Source: Zygnema circumcarinatum SAG 698-1b
Taxonomy: Eukaryota > Plantae > Zygnematophyceae
Reading direction: 5' to 3'
Assembly: GCA_037447605.1 (NCBI GenBank)
Contig: CM074820.1
Location: 806,001 to 870,000, forward strand
DNA length: 64,000 bases
The notes beneath the pieces are model-generated. The model worked only from the letters and a program-made list of their open reading frames with translations. It made no database searches and was not told where the DNA came from. Below are positions 1 to 11,185 of the stretch, piece by piece. The position numbers and the translations under genes are program-made. Numbering within the stretch: position 1 is the first letter of the stretch; each line of letters starts with the position of its first letter.

Positions 1-375
1 CCATAGAGAGAAAGTACAGTCAGGAATAGAGGGAGGGGGGAGAGAGGGAGTGGGGTAATGGAGAGGGAGAGGGAGAGGAGAGGGAGAGGGAGAGGAGGAG
101 CAGAGGGAGAGGGGCAGCAGAGGGAGAGGAGCAGAGAATAGGTGAAGCGGAGGACGAGGAAGAGCAGAAGCAGAGGGAGAGCAGAGGGAGATGGGGAGCA
201 GAGGGAGAGAGGGAGCTGAGGGAGACGAGGAGCAGAGGGGGATGGGGAGGGGGAGCTGAGGAAGGGAGGGAGCAGAGAGAAAGAGGAAGAGAGAGAGGGA
301 GAAGGATAAGGAGAGGAAGTACGAGAGAGCGAGGACGAGGGAGTAGGGAGGGGAGAGGGAGAGAGCGCGAGGGAG
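1..375. repeat. GA-rich polypurine low-complexity tract (intron of the SCPL gene)
   Basis: Almost exclusively G and A, with GAGGGA/GCAGAGGGA variants, upstream of the acceptor at 400-401. Confidence 0.9.
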
Positions 376-401
376 TTATAATTTATGTTTTTTAATTGCA
401 G

Positions 402-491
402 GGCATTATGTTCCGGACTTGGCGCACTTGCTGCTGAAGAAGTCTGCAGAGGACAAAGGCATCATCAACTTGAAGGGATTCCTGGTCTCTC

Positions 492-551
<60 letters not shown>

Positions 552-3500
552 TCTCTCTCTCTCTCTCTTCCTCGATCCATACTTAACGTTGTCACAGCGG
601 CTTTTCTCATCTATACCCCCCACAGAGGTTGGAAACTTTGAAGTTTGAACATTATTTTCTACACTTTCCTTTTCCTTTTCTGTTTTTTTCTTTTCTGTGC
701 TGTTCTTTTTGGTTTTTTGGGTCCAAACTTTTTCTTTCCTTTGTTTTGATCACTTCGGTTTTCCTCTCTATGGGCAGCTCGGCAACCCGTGGACTGTGAC
801 AGATGCTGATTTCAAAGGACTCGTCTATTTTTGGTATTCCAGAACCCTGATTTCCACTCACACATATAACGAATTCTTAGCTCATGTGAGTCTCTCTCTC
901 TCTCGTTTTTTCCCGCTCTTTTCGTTCGTCTCTCCCTCTCTTATCTACCCCCCTTCTTCCCTCTCCCCATCTCTCTCTTTCTCGCTCTATCTCACCCTGC
1001 CCTTCGTCCTCCCCCCCATTTCTCATTTCCTTTCCTTTCCTGTTCTCCATCTCTCTCACTGCCTTCCACTCCCTCTTCCTCTCCCCCTCTCCCTCACTCC
1101 CTCTCCCGCTTCCTCTACCACTCTCTCTCTCCCTCTCCCTCTCCCTCTCCCTCTTCCACTACCTCTATCTCTCTCCCTCACACTCTTCCCCTACCTCTCT
1201 CTCTCTCCCTCTCCCTCTTCCACTACCTCTCTCTCTCCCTCTCACTCTTCCACTACCTCTCTCTCTCTCCCTTTCATTCTTGCCCTATATCTCTCTCTCT
1301 CCCTCTCCCTTTTCCTCTCGCTCCCACCTCCGTGCCCCCCCAGTAGCACAGGTACAAGAAACCGATCCTTTGTAATGTCCTAAACTAAAGTGATTTCTAC
1401 AAGAACGAACGGGTATAAATGGGGTACTTCAGTTCTCTTCTGTTCGATTCGACCTACCAAACCTAAAATTACGAGAATAGGCTTCTATTCAGCTTTACGA
1501 TTTTTTTCCTGCTCCCTCATGTTTGGGTACAAATGGGGTACATCTCTGTCTGCAGTGTAATGTGGAAGATTATTGGAACGGAGTGGACGGCGATCTATGC
1601 TATGACTTAACTGAAAAAGTGTTCAGCGAAATTGTAAGGGCACACTTTCTCATAAAATCGTCCATCTCGTTCATCGTTCATCTCGTCTCGTTTATCTCTA
1701 TCGTTTCTCTTTTCTTTCTAGCAAAATGGACGGTTAGGATTTGGCGATTTAAGCGTGAATTTTAATCTTTGTTTTTTTTTTTTCTTTTTCTTTCAGGGAG
1801 ACATAAATTATTATGATATTTACGTGGATGTCTGCACATCGGGTCCCTTGGGACAAGCTGCCAAGCTCCTGGCTCAAGTAAGGGCTATTTTCCAGTCGGT
1901 GGGTACAAATGGGGTGTAAAATTTCCTAAAGAATCTCCTCTTTTTGTAACCTTTCTCTTTTCTTTCCGTGCACATCTGTTCTTTCAACTCTATAAAGTTA
2001 ACTCCATCGACCGTTGGAAGTTATTGACTTAATCAAATTCAATTGGTGAGATTCGCGAGATTCACTTTGTAGAGTGCGTTTTACTTTACAGAGGGGGCTG
2101 AATATGAGGCGCAAAAATGTGACTTTACGGGGCGGCGCGCCGTACGACCCGTGCATCGACGACGAGGTGGAGGTGTACCTGAACCGGCCGGCCGTACAGG
2201 CCGCTCTGCACGCGGCCCACCTGCCGTACCGCTGGCAGGGCTGCTCGTGAGCCTCTCTCTCTCTCTCGCTCTCTCTTTCTCTCTCCCTCTCTCTCTCGCT
2301 CTCTCTCTCTGTCTCTTTCTGTCTCTCTCTCGCGCGCGCTGGTTGGGGGGAAGTTGGNNNNNNNNNNGGGAAATGGGGGAGGGAGGGAGGGGGGGAGGGG
2401 TGAGGGAGGAGGGGGGGAGGGAGGAAGGGGGGTGGGGGGATGGAGATGGAAAGATAAGCGATGCGTTCCTTCTTTTTGTCTATTTTTGTTCAACTTATGC
2501 CGTCGTTCTGAATTCCAACGCGCCTTGTCTTCACCTGCCTGTCTGTCTGCCTGCCGGTGCAGCGACATCGTGGACTATTCCTCCGCGGACGCCATTGGGA
2601 GCAAGTGGGCGGTGTGGCTCGACCTGTTGGCCTCGGACCTGCGCCTCACCGTGTTCAGGTGCATAAGATACCCCATTTATGTACCTCCTAAACGACTCCA
2701 ATTTGAAATTATTTTCATGTGCTCCCTTTCAAATGCAAAGTGCGTTTTGTTTTCGCTTTTAAATTCCACAATGTCGTTCGACTGCTTTCGGTTGGGGACC
2801 CGCACAGAGGAGATGCGACATGTGATGGAACTGTGGCCGCTCAAAATGACAACTAGAATGAAACTGGAACTGAAACTGGAACTGGAACCGAAACTGAAAC
2901 TGAAACGGCGTTCCATGCAGCGGTGACGTGGATTCCGTGTGCCCCACCGTCGGCACGCGCAACTGGATCCTTCAGTTGGAGGCGGCCGGGCACCTCCACG
3001 TGTCGAAAAAGTGGCACCCCTGGTACCATCTGCAACAGGTGAGCGGGTACAAATGGGGTATAAGCAAATTCGCAATGACCAAGGCATGGTCCTACATTTT
3101 GCGCTTTTAGTTTCAGTTGAAACACGACCACGACAAGGTTTTAACTCGAGACCTTCGCCCGCCTCGGCACTAGCGACCCTACTGGCGCGCCAATGCCAAT
3201 GGTTGCTCGGGTCGCCAACCATTGCCAATGGTTCCTGGGGTCGCCAGCCATTGCCAATGATTGCTGGGGTAGCCAGCCATTGCCAATGGTTGCTGGGGTC
3301 GCCAGCCATTGCCAATGATTGCTGGGGTAGCCAGCCATTGCCAATGGTTGCTGGGGTCGCCAGCCATTGCCAATGGTTGCTGGGATAGCCAGCCATTGCC
3401 AATGGTTGCTGGGGTCGTCAGCCCAATGATTGCTGGGGTAGCCAGCCATTGCCAATGGTTGCTGGGGTCGCCAGCCCTTGCCAATGGTTGCTGGGGTCGC

Positions 3501-4740
3501 CAGCCATTGCCAATGATTGCTTGGGTAGCCAGCCATTACCAATGATTACTGGGGTAGCCAGCCATTGCCAATGGTTGCTGGGGTCGCCAGCCACTGCCAA
3601 TGATTGCTGGGGTAGCCAGCCATTGCCAATGGTTGCTGGGGTCGCCAGCCATTGCTAATGATTGCTGGGATAGCCAGCCATTGCCAATGGTTGCTGGGGT
3701 CGCCAGCCATTACCAATGATTGCTGGGGTAGCCAGCCATTGCCAATGGTTGCTGGGGTAACCAGCCATTGCCAATGGTTGTTGGGTAGCCAGCCATTGCC
3801 AATGGTTGCTGGGGCAGCCAGCCATTGCCAATGGTTGCTGGGGTCGCCAGCCACTGCCAATGATTGCTGGGGCAGCCAGCCATTGCCAATGGTTGCTGGG
3901 GGTCGCAGCCATTACGAAAGATTGCCCGCGCGTCAGCAAATGGGACACATCGATGTGGCACACAAATCTCTGGTCAAGATTTTCCTTCAAGACCTTGTCG
4001 TTTTCGCAACCTGAACGTTTTGAGAGCAAGGCAGTAGTCACCACGTGGCGAGTGCATGTGGTAAGCCCAAATGTCTCGTGGAATAAAAATACATGGAGTG
4101 TGGCGTTTCGCTTCAGGACAAAATGTGGAACTGAACCAGCCTCATGCAAAATGCGTGACCCAGCACCACAACGTCCGTGTTGTACTGGCAGTTTGAAAGC
4201 GATGATGTTTCATGCTCACGTGCAGTTGGAAAATTAGTTGTGGCACACGCGGAAATAATCTTTTACGGATTACTACGCGGCACATGCACAATGTCTGTCT
4301 GTGCGTGGCGCGGAGCGAACTGGGGCTTGAACTTGAACTTGGCAGAAATTTGTCTTGTTTCAAGTTCCCCTATTGTCAACGTTAGGGTCTATTTGCACAC
4401 CTTTTTTGTCTGGATTTGAACCTTTTTTCGCCGTCAGATTTTATTCTAGGGCTTTGGGTCGTTTTTAAACATCTGAATCTAGCCGAAAAGGTGCGTAAAT
4501 AGTGAATTCCGTTGTTAACTCCTTCGTTTTCCTGTTGAACTCGTCGCCCATTGGCTGAAGGTGGGCGGGTACGCGGAGGAGTTCAACGGCGGGCGGTTCA
4601 AGTTCGTGACCGTGCGTGACGCCGGTCACATGGTGCCGTACACGCAGCCCGGGCGGGCGCTTGTCCTCTTCCGGGAGTTTCTTAACGGCCGTTCCATGCC
4701 GCTCAAGCAGGCGGAAGATGCGGGTGTCAGTTCCATGTGA
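402..4740 (+). CDS. Serine carboxypeptidase-like protein (peptidase S10), 5'-truncated. Exons 402-484, 778-885, 1556-1633, 1797-1877, 2092-2246, 2563-2658, 2921-3038, 4561-4740
   Basis: GT-AG exons join in phase and give GHYVPDLA...INLKGFL|[26 protein letters not shown] (catalytic Asp region) and [10 protein letters not shown] (catalytic His), ending at TGA 4738-4740. The nucleophile Ser (GESY) lies just upstream of the first visible exon, outside the window. Confidence 0.93.
890..1330. repeat. CT-rich polypyrimidine tract (intron of the SCPL gene)
   Basis: (CT)n/(CCCTCT)n tract. It explains the spurious SLSLSL/ERERER ORFs. Confidence 0.9.
2358..2367. other. Assembly gap (10 N). Other gaps at 9897-9906, 15264-15273 and 26292-26301
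   Basis: N runs, each embedded in a G- or C-rich intronic low-complexity tract. Confidence 0.98.
3190..3913. repeat. 29 bp tandem minisatellite, about 25 units, in the last SCPL intron
   Basis: Unit GCCAGCCATTGCCAATGGTTGCTGGGGTC largely alternates with variant GCCAGCCATTGCCAATGATTGCTGGGGTA. The core CCATTG-C-CAATGG is palindromic. There are no unique spacers. Confidence 0.95.
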
Positions 4741-5223
4741 TTCGTTACAATTTCAGTTAGAGGGGTTAAGGACATTGTTCCATGAGCTGCAAGTCTTTTG
4801 GTTGGGCAAAGTTGAATCTGGTCAAATTCGAACTTAGAGTCAACTTTAGAGTTTATGGTTTTCCAACTTGTTTTGATATGATTTTTTTGGAGATGAATTC
4901 CTATTTATCGTCTTGTTACATTGATGTTCAACAATGTTACTGGTAAACTCTGTTGTTGTTGTGCCACAACTTTTACATGGCCATGTTTTGGTGTTTTGAA
5001 TTGTCTCAAACGTGGGAACGTCAGAGAGGACTTGATTTGAAATGATACAGGTGCTGCTATGTGTGCTGTGTCGAAATTGCTGTACACAGCAATTTCGATT
5101 TCCAGTTCGAATTTCGACCCAGTGCCATAGCGCGTTTAACTTGTACTGCGCTCTGTGTACAGTTTCAGTTCCACCGTTCGAATTTCCTCGGCGACAAATT
5201 TGCCTTTTAGGGTTTGTTTCGTT

Positions 5224-5550
5224 GGTTTGTGGGTTGTGGGTTGTGGTTTGTGGGTTGTGGTTTGTGGTTTGTGGGTTGTGGGTTGTGGTTTGTGGTTTGT
5301 GGGTTGTGGGTTGTGGGTTGTGGGTTGTGGTTTGTGGGTTGTGGGTTGTGGGTTGTGGTTTGTGGGTTGTGGGTTGTGGGTTGTGGGTTGTGGTTTGTGG
5401 GTTGTGGGTTGTGGGTTGTGGGTTGTGGGTTGTGGTTTGTGGGTTGTGGGTTGTCGGTTGTGGGTTGTGGGTTGTGGTTTGTGGGTTGTGGTTTATGGTT
5501 TGTGGTTTGTGGTTCGTGGTTTGTGGTTTGTGGTTTGTGGTGTGTGGTTT
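5224..5550. repeat. Heptamer satellite (TTGTGGG/TTGTGGT)n, about 45 units, telomere-like
   Basis: Direct reading of 5224-5550. Degenerate TTAGGG/TTTAGGG copies follow at about 5575-5625. Confidence 0.93.
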
Positions 5551-6096
5551 CAGTTTTAAGGTTCGGGCTCAGTGTAGGGTCTAGGAATTAGGGGTTAGGG
5601 TTTACGGTTTGTACGTTTTAGGGTTGGTTGCTCCTTCCTGACTTCCGGCGAGTATCGCCGCCCTCCGCGTATACGACAGACTTGACTTGACTTGGTACGT
5701 GTCACGTACCACGCAGCTGACGCAAGGTGGAAAGAACAAGGTTTTGTCGTTTTTTGATTGTACATACACTTAAAGGCGCAGCGCCCCGGTATTCACACGG
5801 CCTGTTCGGTTCTTTCAAGAACTTAAAAAAAAAAAAAATTGAATTCTCGTTGCAACCTGAAAAAAGTAATGCAATAGGGAGTTTCGGACCGCTTTTGCAA
5901 TAATTTCAAAATGCTACCGACCTGACCGAAAAAAAATTGAACTCTGAAGCTCGTTCGAGCGTAAATGTTTTTCTTTTTGAACCGTAATCGAGCATTTAGA
6001 GTCTAGAAAGGTCAAAAACTATTTCATTCCTGACTCCCGGATGCAAATGCCAACGCGGATGGAAGCGACCGTACGTACAGATGTCCGTACATTCTT

Positions 6097-6212
6097 TGCC
6101 CGAAAACATTTACTGCTGCCCGAAAACATTTACTGCTGCCCGAAAACATTTACTGCTGCCCGAAAACATTTACTGCTGCCCGAAAACATTTACTGCTGCC
6201 CGAAAACATTTA
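6097..6212. repeat. Perfect 20 bp tandem repeat (5 full units plus 1 partial)
   Basis: TGCCCGAAAACATTTACTGC at 6097, 6117, 6137, 6157 and 6177, with a partial copy at 6197. Confidence 0.95.
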
Positions 6213-7092
6213 TTTCTACCCGAACTGGCATTTGCTGTTATCAACGCTGCCCGGCCCACATAGAACAGCCTCCCCTGCTTTCCAAGGGCCAGTCCTGCAA
6301 TGGGGAGGCCATCAATGCACAGGAGGAGCAGTCCAGGGTATCTTCAAACTCAGTTTTTTTTTTTTTTTTTTTTTCATATCTGTATTATTTCAAGTAAGTA
6401 TTCAATTTCTATCGGTCAATAAGCCGATCGATTAAGTTATTACAGAAGCAGACACGTTGAAGCTGGAGCCTTACAACCTGCATTGCAGTCAGGCAGTTTT
6501 CCTGGAAAGAAAAAAAACGTTTCCTACTTTGAAGCTGCACGATTGCTGAAAAAACTTGACAGAAATCTGCGTTTTGAGTTTTGGCCCGCCGCATTATTGC
6601 AAAAGAAGGAAGGCCTTCAAGATTGGGCTGACCGCTGGTACCTTCTCCAGCCCTCCCAGCTCTATGGTGATGGTGAAGGTCATGGAGGCCTGCATCTCAG
6701 TTTTTAACGTGTGTTAACCAGGAGACAATGCCGGTAAAGGGCGAAGAGAGAGAGAGAGAGGAAGGGAGAAAGGGAGGGAGAGAGAGAGAGAGAGGTGTTG
6801 TTTGGGTGAGATCTGCAGTTCTTTCCGGGATCAATCCCCAGCCTTTTGCTCTCCCCGCCCTCAGTTTGATCTACTTGGAATCACACATTTCTTACATGAA
6901 AACTACTTACTACTTACTTACTTCAATACTCTCTAACTTGAATTCGATGCATTTGTCAAGTTTAATATATGCGCAAGAGATTACCACATCATATGATCGA
7001 GTTGAAGCACGGGTTGCATCGTCGTTTAACGCACCAACGCCTACTAATCCCGCCTGTATTCTTGGCCTCATTTCAGATATTTGTGGTTCGCG

Positions 7093-10000
7093 ATGGCTCA
7101 GAAGGCCAATGTCTCAGTAGGCTTTCAATCTGGCGGATCTTCAAGGGAACTTCAAGGTAATATTTTTCAAGAAACGGCTTAGCGAAGTGGGAGCGTTATA
7201 GTTTTAACTGGCAATGCATCGGCTGTGAAGCAAGGCAAGGCGACTGGTATCTTCACTGCCATGCAGAATTCCTTATTCAGCTTCTTTGAAAAAGAATGCT
7301 TGCAGCTTCTTTCAAATACGATAAATAATTTATTTTCCTCTTTGATGTTTCTCACCATTAAAAGCCAGATAGGAAACAAAAATAGAAAATGTGTACCTTA
7401 CAAATGAGCGACGGACACTCTCTATTTTTTTGTTTTTGTTTGGGGAGTTTTGGTCTAATGCAGTGCTGCTGGCAAATGAGTCAAGAGGGGACTTAACCGA
7501 ATTTTCGACGGAACCTCCTCCTCCTGCAACGACCTCTCACCAACTAAAACCTTCACAATCAGCTGTCGCTATTTTCGCCGCTGTGCTCTATGGCAGTGTG
7601 GGCCTCGTCATGGGCTTTGCCAATAAAGTATGCTCTTCGACTTGACATGAATTCATTGTGACTATGAACAAAAGTCAATGCTCATGTAGGAGAACAAGGA
7701 AAAGCTTAGTATTGAAGACAAGGAAAAGCTCCAGTATTGAATCTGAATGGCAGTGGATGCAAGATCAAGAACAACCTCGATCCTTATCAAAATATAAGCT
7801 GTTTACATTGGATCTAACATTCAATTTGCGTGTACTCTTGCATTCGCAACGTCTCTTTTATAAAATGACTAATATGCTATGTTTGCAGTCGAATCTTCAT
7901 TTTTTGATGTTTCATATTTTACGTTTCAAGTTTGAAGTTCAAATTTTGACTCGGGCACACTCCTTACTTCCAGGCTGTCCTTCAGATATGGCCCTACTCC
8001 AACACACTACTTGTGCTGCAAATGGCAACTTCCATAGTGCTTCTTTACGCAATGCACTTTGTTGGACTGATTACTGTAAGGCCATTGGAGTTGCAAGCAG
8101 CAAGAAGCCTCAGCGGAGTTGTCTTCTTTTACAACGCCAATGTGGCTTTCGCATTAGCAGCAGTGAGAGCGCTGAGCATTCCAGTCTACCATGTGATGAA
8201 GCGCCTAACCCCTGTCATGATTCTTATCGCAAAGTATTTTTCCGGTGAAGGACCACCGCCCATACAAATTACTCTCTCTGTTCTTACGGTTGTAGCAGGT
8301 AAGGATATGCTCAAGCTGACTCAGACTCAGTTTCAGGCTTTGTCCTTCATTCATTTAGTCTTGAAGTTGCTGATGTCTCTACTCTGCAGTCGAATGGGAG
8401 AGATTAGGCTCTTTTGTTGGAATTTGTGTCTAATTACAATGAGTCGGTGACTCGCAAGGACTATGAGTCGTGGCTGTGCTATATTTACAACTTCGGGCTG
8501 GGTCCACCAAAGTGCACAAACCAGAATTGAAAATTTTGAAAAAAACTTGAGTTGAAACTGATTGATCTGCAGAGAATGTTGCTGCTGTATTCGGCCCGTG
8601 CAGGATGCATCCTTGCAGGTTTGGGGGATCTCAGCTTCGATGGCATGGGCTACATTATGGCTCTCGCCAGCTGTGCGCTGCAGACAACGTATCTTCTCAT
8701 GGTGGAAAAGTCAGGCACTGAAAAGGGTACGAATGCCGGACTGTACATTGCGCAAAGCGTTAGCAGGATGTCTAAATGGCACAGAAATGAAACCTGTGAA
8801 ACTGTGACTAAGTCGATGTTGAAAAATTGTTAGAGCAAGTAGACAGGAAAGTGCAACTCAAGGCGTCCTAATGGGTGGGAAATTCTTGAATCCGAGCGGT
8901 ACTAAACTCGACAGACTGTAGAGGTGAGATCCGATGACTATTACTGATGTTTGAGTTGTTTTCCTTGCTGCCTTGCAGGCTACGATTCTAATGAGCTTCT
9001 TTTATACAACGCAGTCCTTTCTCTACCGGTCCTTTCATTGCTGATCCTAGTGACTGGTGAATCAGCTAATTCGTTCACCGCCCTAATCAACAACACAACG
9101 CCTAACTTTTATTTGATCCTTATCGTCTCTCTCCTAATGGGTTCTCTACTCAACTACGCCCTCTTCCTCTGTACTATTACAAACTCTGCCCTCAGCACCA
9201 CCATTGTTGGGACTCTACGAAGCGTTGTGGGAACGGTGAGCAGCAATCCTTCGTCCCAAAAGTCCTTTAATTAAACTATTATTTTTCGGGAAGTCAAACG
9301 TTTAGAAAAAGGAAAGGTCGGAGACGGACGGTTCAGGAACTGCAGGTTGCAAAGTGCGCTTCTCTTGATGGTTTGAGTGTCTGTTGGTCGTCGCAGGGGC
9401 TCGTGGGAACAGGGGGCACTGATTGCTTCATTATCAAATTATTTTTAACACTAGAGTTTAGAGATTAAAGAACTATAAAAGTGTCTGTTTGAAGTAGTGA
9501 CACTCTTTCACTGCCTTTGGCTTGAACTTGGCCGGAGAAGGCTAGGTCGTTACTGCTGCAGCCAACAACGGCGTTGCACGAATTCAATCATAAGTAGGGA
9601 TTTCATGGGTTGTTTTCAGCCGGAAGTGAATCGGAAAAGTAGAAAGTAATGTTCATGGAGCTGGATAGAGGAAAAAGGATAGTCGATTTTGATATGCACA
9701 AGTCCGAAGGGGATCCTGGGATCTGCGGATTGTAAGAGTTGGGTTTAGTATTTCTGAGAATGGCGATAGGAACTGTCAGCTGTGCTGAATAGAGTGCAGG
9801 GTAAGACTCCAGAAGCTACTATAGGGGGTGGGCTAAAGGGGGGGTTCTCCTCCGCCTCCCCCTCCCCACCCCCTTTCCACCCCTCCCCCCTCCCCCNNNN
9901 NNNNNNCCCCCTTCCAATTCTTACCATATGGTTTGAGCGGCTGTTGCGTGTGCAGATCTTGGGCTTCTTTGTTTTGGGAGGCGTGAAGGCCACTCCTCTC

Positions 10001-10156
10001 ATAGTGGCGGGCGTGAGCACCAACACGCTGGGCGGCGTGTGGTACACCGCGGTGAAGTATCAGCAGAAGGCCGCGCAGAGGAGGAGGGCCGCCATGGAGG
10101 ACCACAAGTCCCCCACGCCCACCCCCTTCATGAAGAAGCGGGCCCCGGAGGTTTGA
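7093..10156 (+). CDS. UTR7: Nucleotide-sugar transporter, UTR7-like (SLC35D/TPT family). Exons 7093-7156, 7464-7627, 7974-8298, 8604-8726, 8979-9235, 9956-10156
   Basis: In-phase GT-AG splicing gives a multi-TM protein with FFYNANVAFALAAVRALSIPVYHVMKRLTP, GLGDLSFD, LLNYALFLCTITNSALSTTIVG and NTLGGVWYTAVKY. These match the Arabidopsis UTR7-type transporter as I recall it. Confidence 0.88.
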
Positions 10157-11185
10157 AAGTGCGATTTTTCAATTTTTTTCTGTTTGTTTCTAAACTTGAA
10201 GGGACCTAAAAAACGTACTTTATTAGTTTAGTGCCTGCATGCATGTAAAACATAGAGGGGGCGGATGCAGGGTTGGGTCATGTTGTCATTGCTAGAAGAG
10301 TTGAACTTTCTTTCTGTTACATTATTTTTCCGTCCTCTTTTTTTCTTGGTAAGTTAAAGTTAGGATGAATAGGTCTATTTGTAGGCTGTCTGAAGCCTGA
10401 GATATAAAGGAATGGAGGATAGGACTCGCAAGTAGGGGAGCTGACGGGTTCGGTTGAGATGAAGGCAGTTTTGGAAGTTTTGTTCACTCGGTTTTTTAAG
10501 AAACAAGAAAAGGAGGGCATGGAATTCAAGAAGAGTGGTAGAAAAAAAAAAAAAACCCCTTTATTGAATTCAGACGCCAGTGACTATTGTGCGCAAGCTC
10601 CGATCTGTTGGGTCTGCTTCTTTGCCCTCAATTTGTGGCCGATGCATGAAGGTCCAGAAAGGACGTAGGAAGGACACTGCGTTGGGACAAAAGACAAAAG
10701 ACCCTTGTGGGGCAGAACCAAACCATGTAAGCGAAACCATACTAATCTTACTGCTACATTTGTAATGGTTGTCTTGGTCCAATATGGTAAGCCGGAATAG
10801 CAACCTCCGTCTCCAAGTTTGCAACCAGCCTCTCTGGCAGTTTCAAGCATAGTGGGCGGGGTTCCATGGTACAGTTTCTTCATAGTTTCACGCTCTTTAC
10901 CGTGAACGCCTCCATGTAACTGTTGCGAGTCACGCTAGAAAATACAGTTTACATCGCCGGTGGCGATGTGTGATTTTGTACAGTTTTGCTGACGTGGGCC
11001 AATAGGAAACACTGCCCCGGATGTCTGTACATAAAAAAAGTACTGTACTATACACCCAAGCACAGTACGGCATGTGTACGAACGAATGTTGAAAAAACGG
11101 TCGGACCGTACCGTACGGCGAAGGTTGGGTCGAAAAAGAATGGTCCGGAACCAGTGGATGCCAATGGTTGGCAACCATTCAACGT

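Noticed and set aside
3141-3961. 29 bp array as a CRISPR array, or its overlapping ORFs (WQWLATPA...) as a repeat protein
   Set aside because: The units are contiguous with no unique spacers, there are no cas genes, and the context is a eukaryotic intron. ORFs are open in several frames only because of the repeat.
5042-5591. CGLWVV-repeat ORFs
   Set aside because: Translation of the heptamer satellite in all three frames; there is no coding signature.
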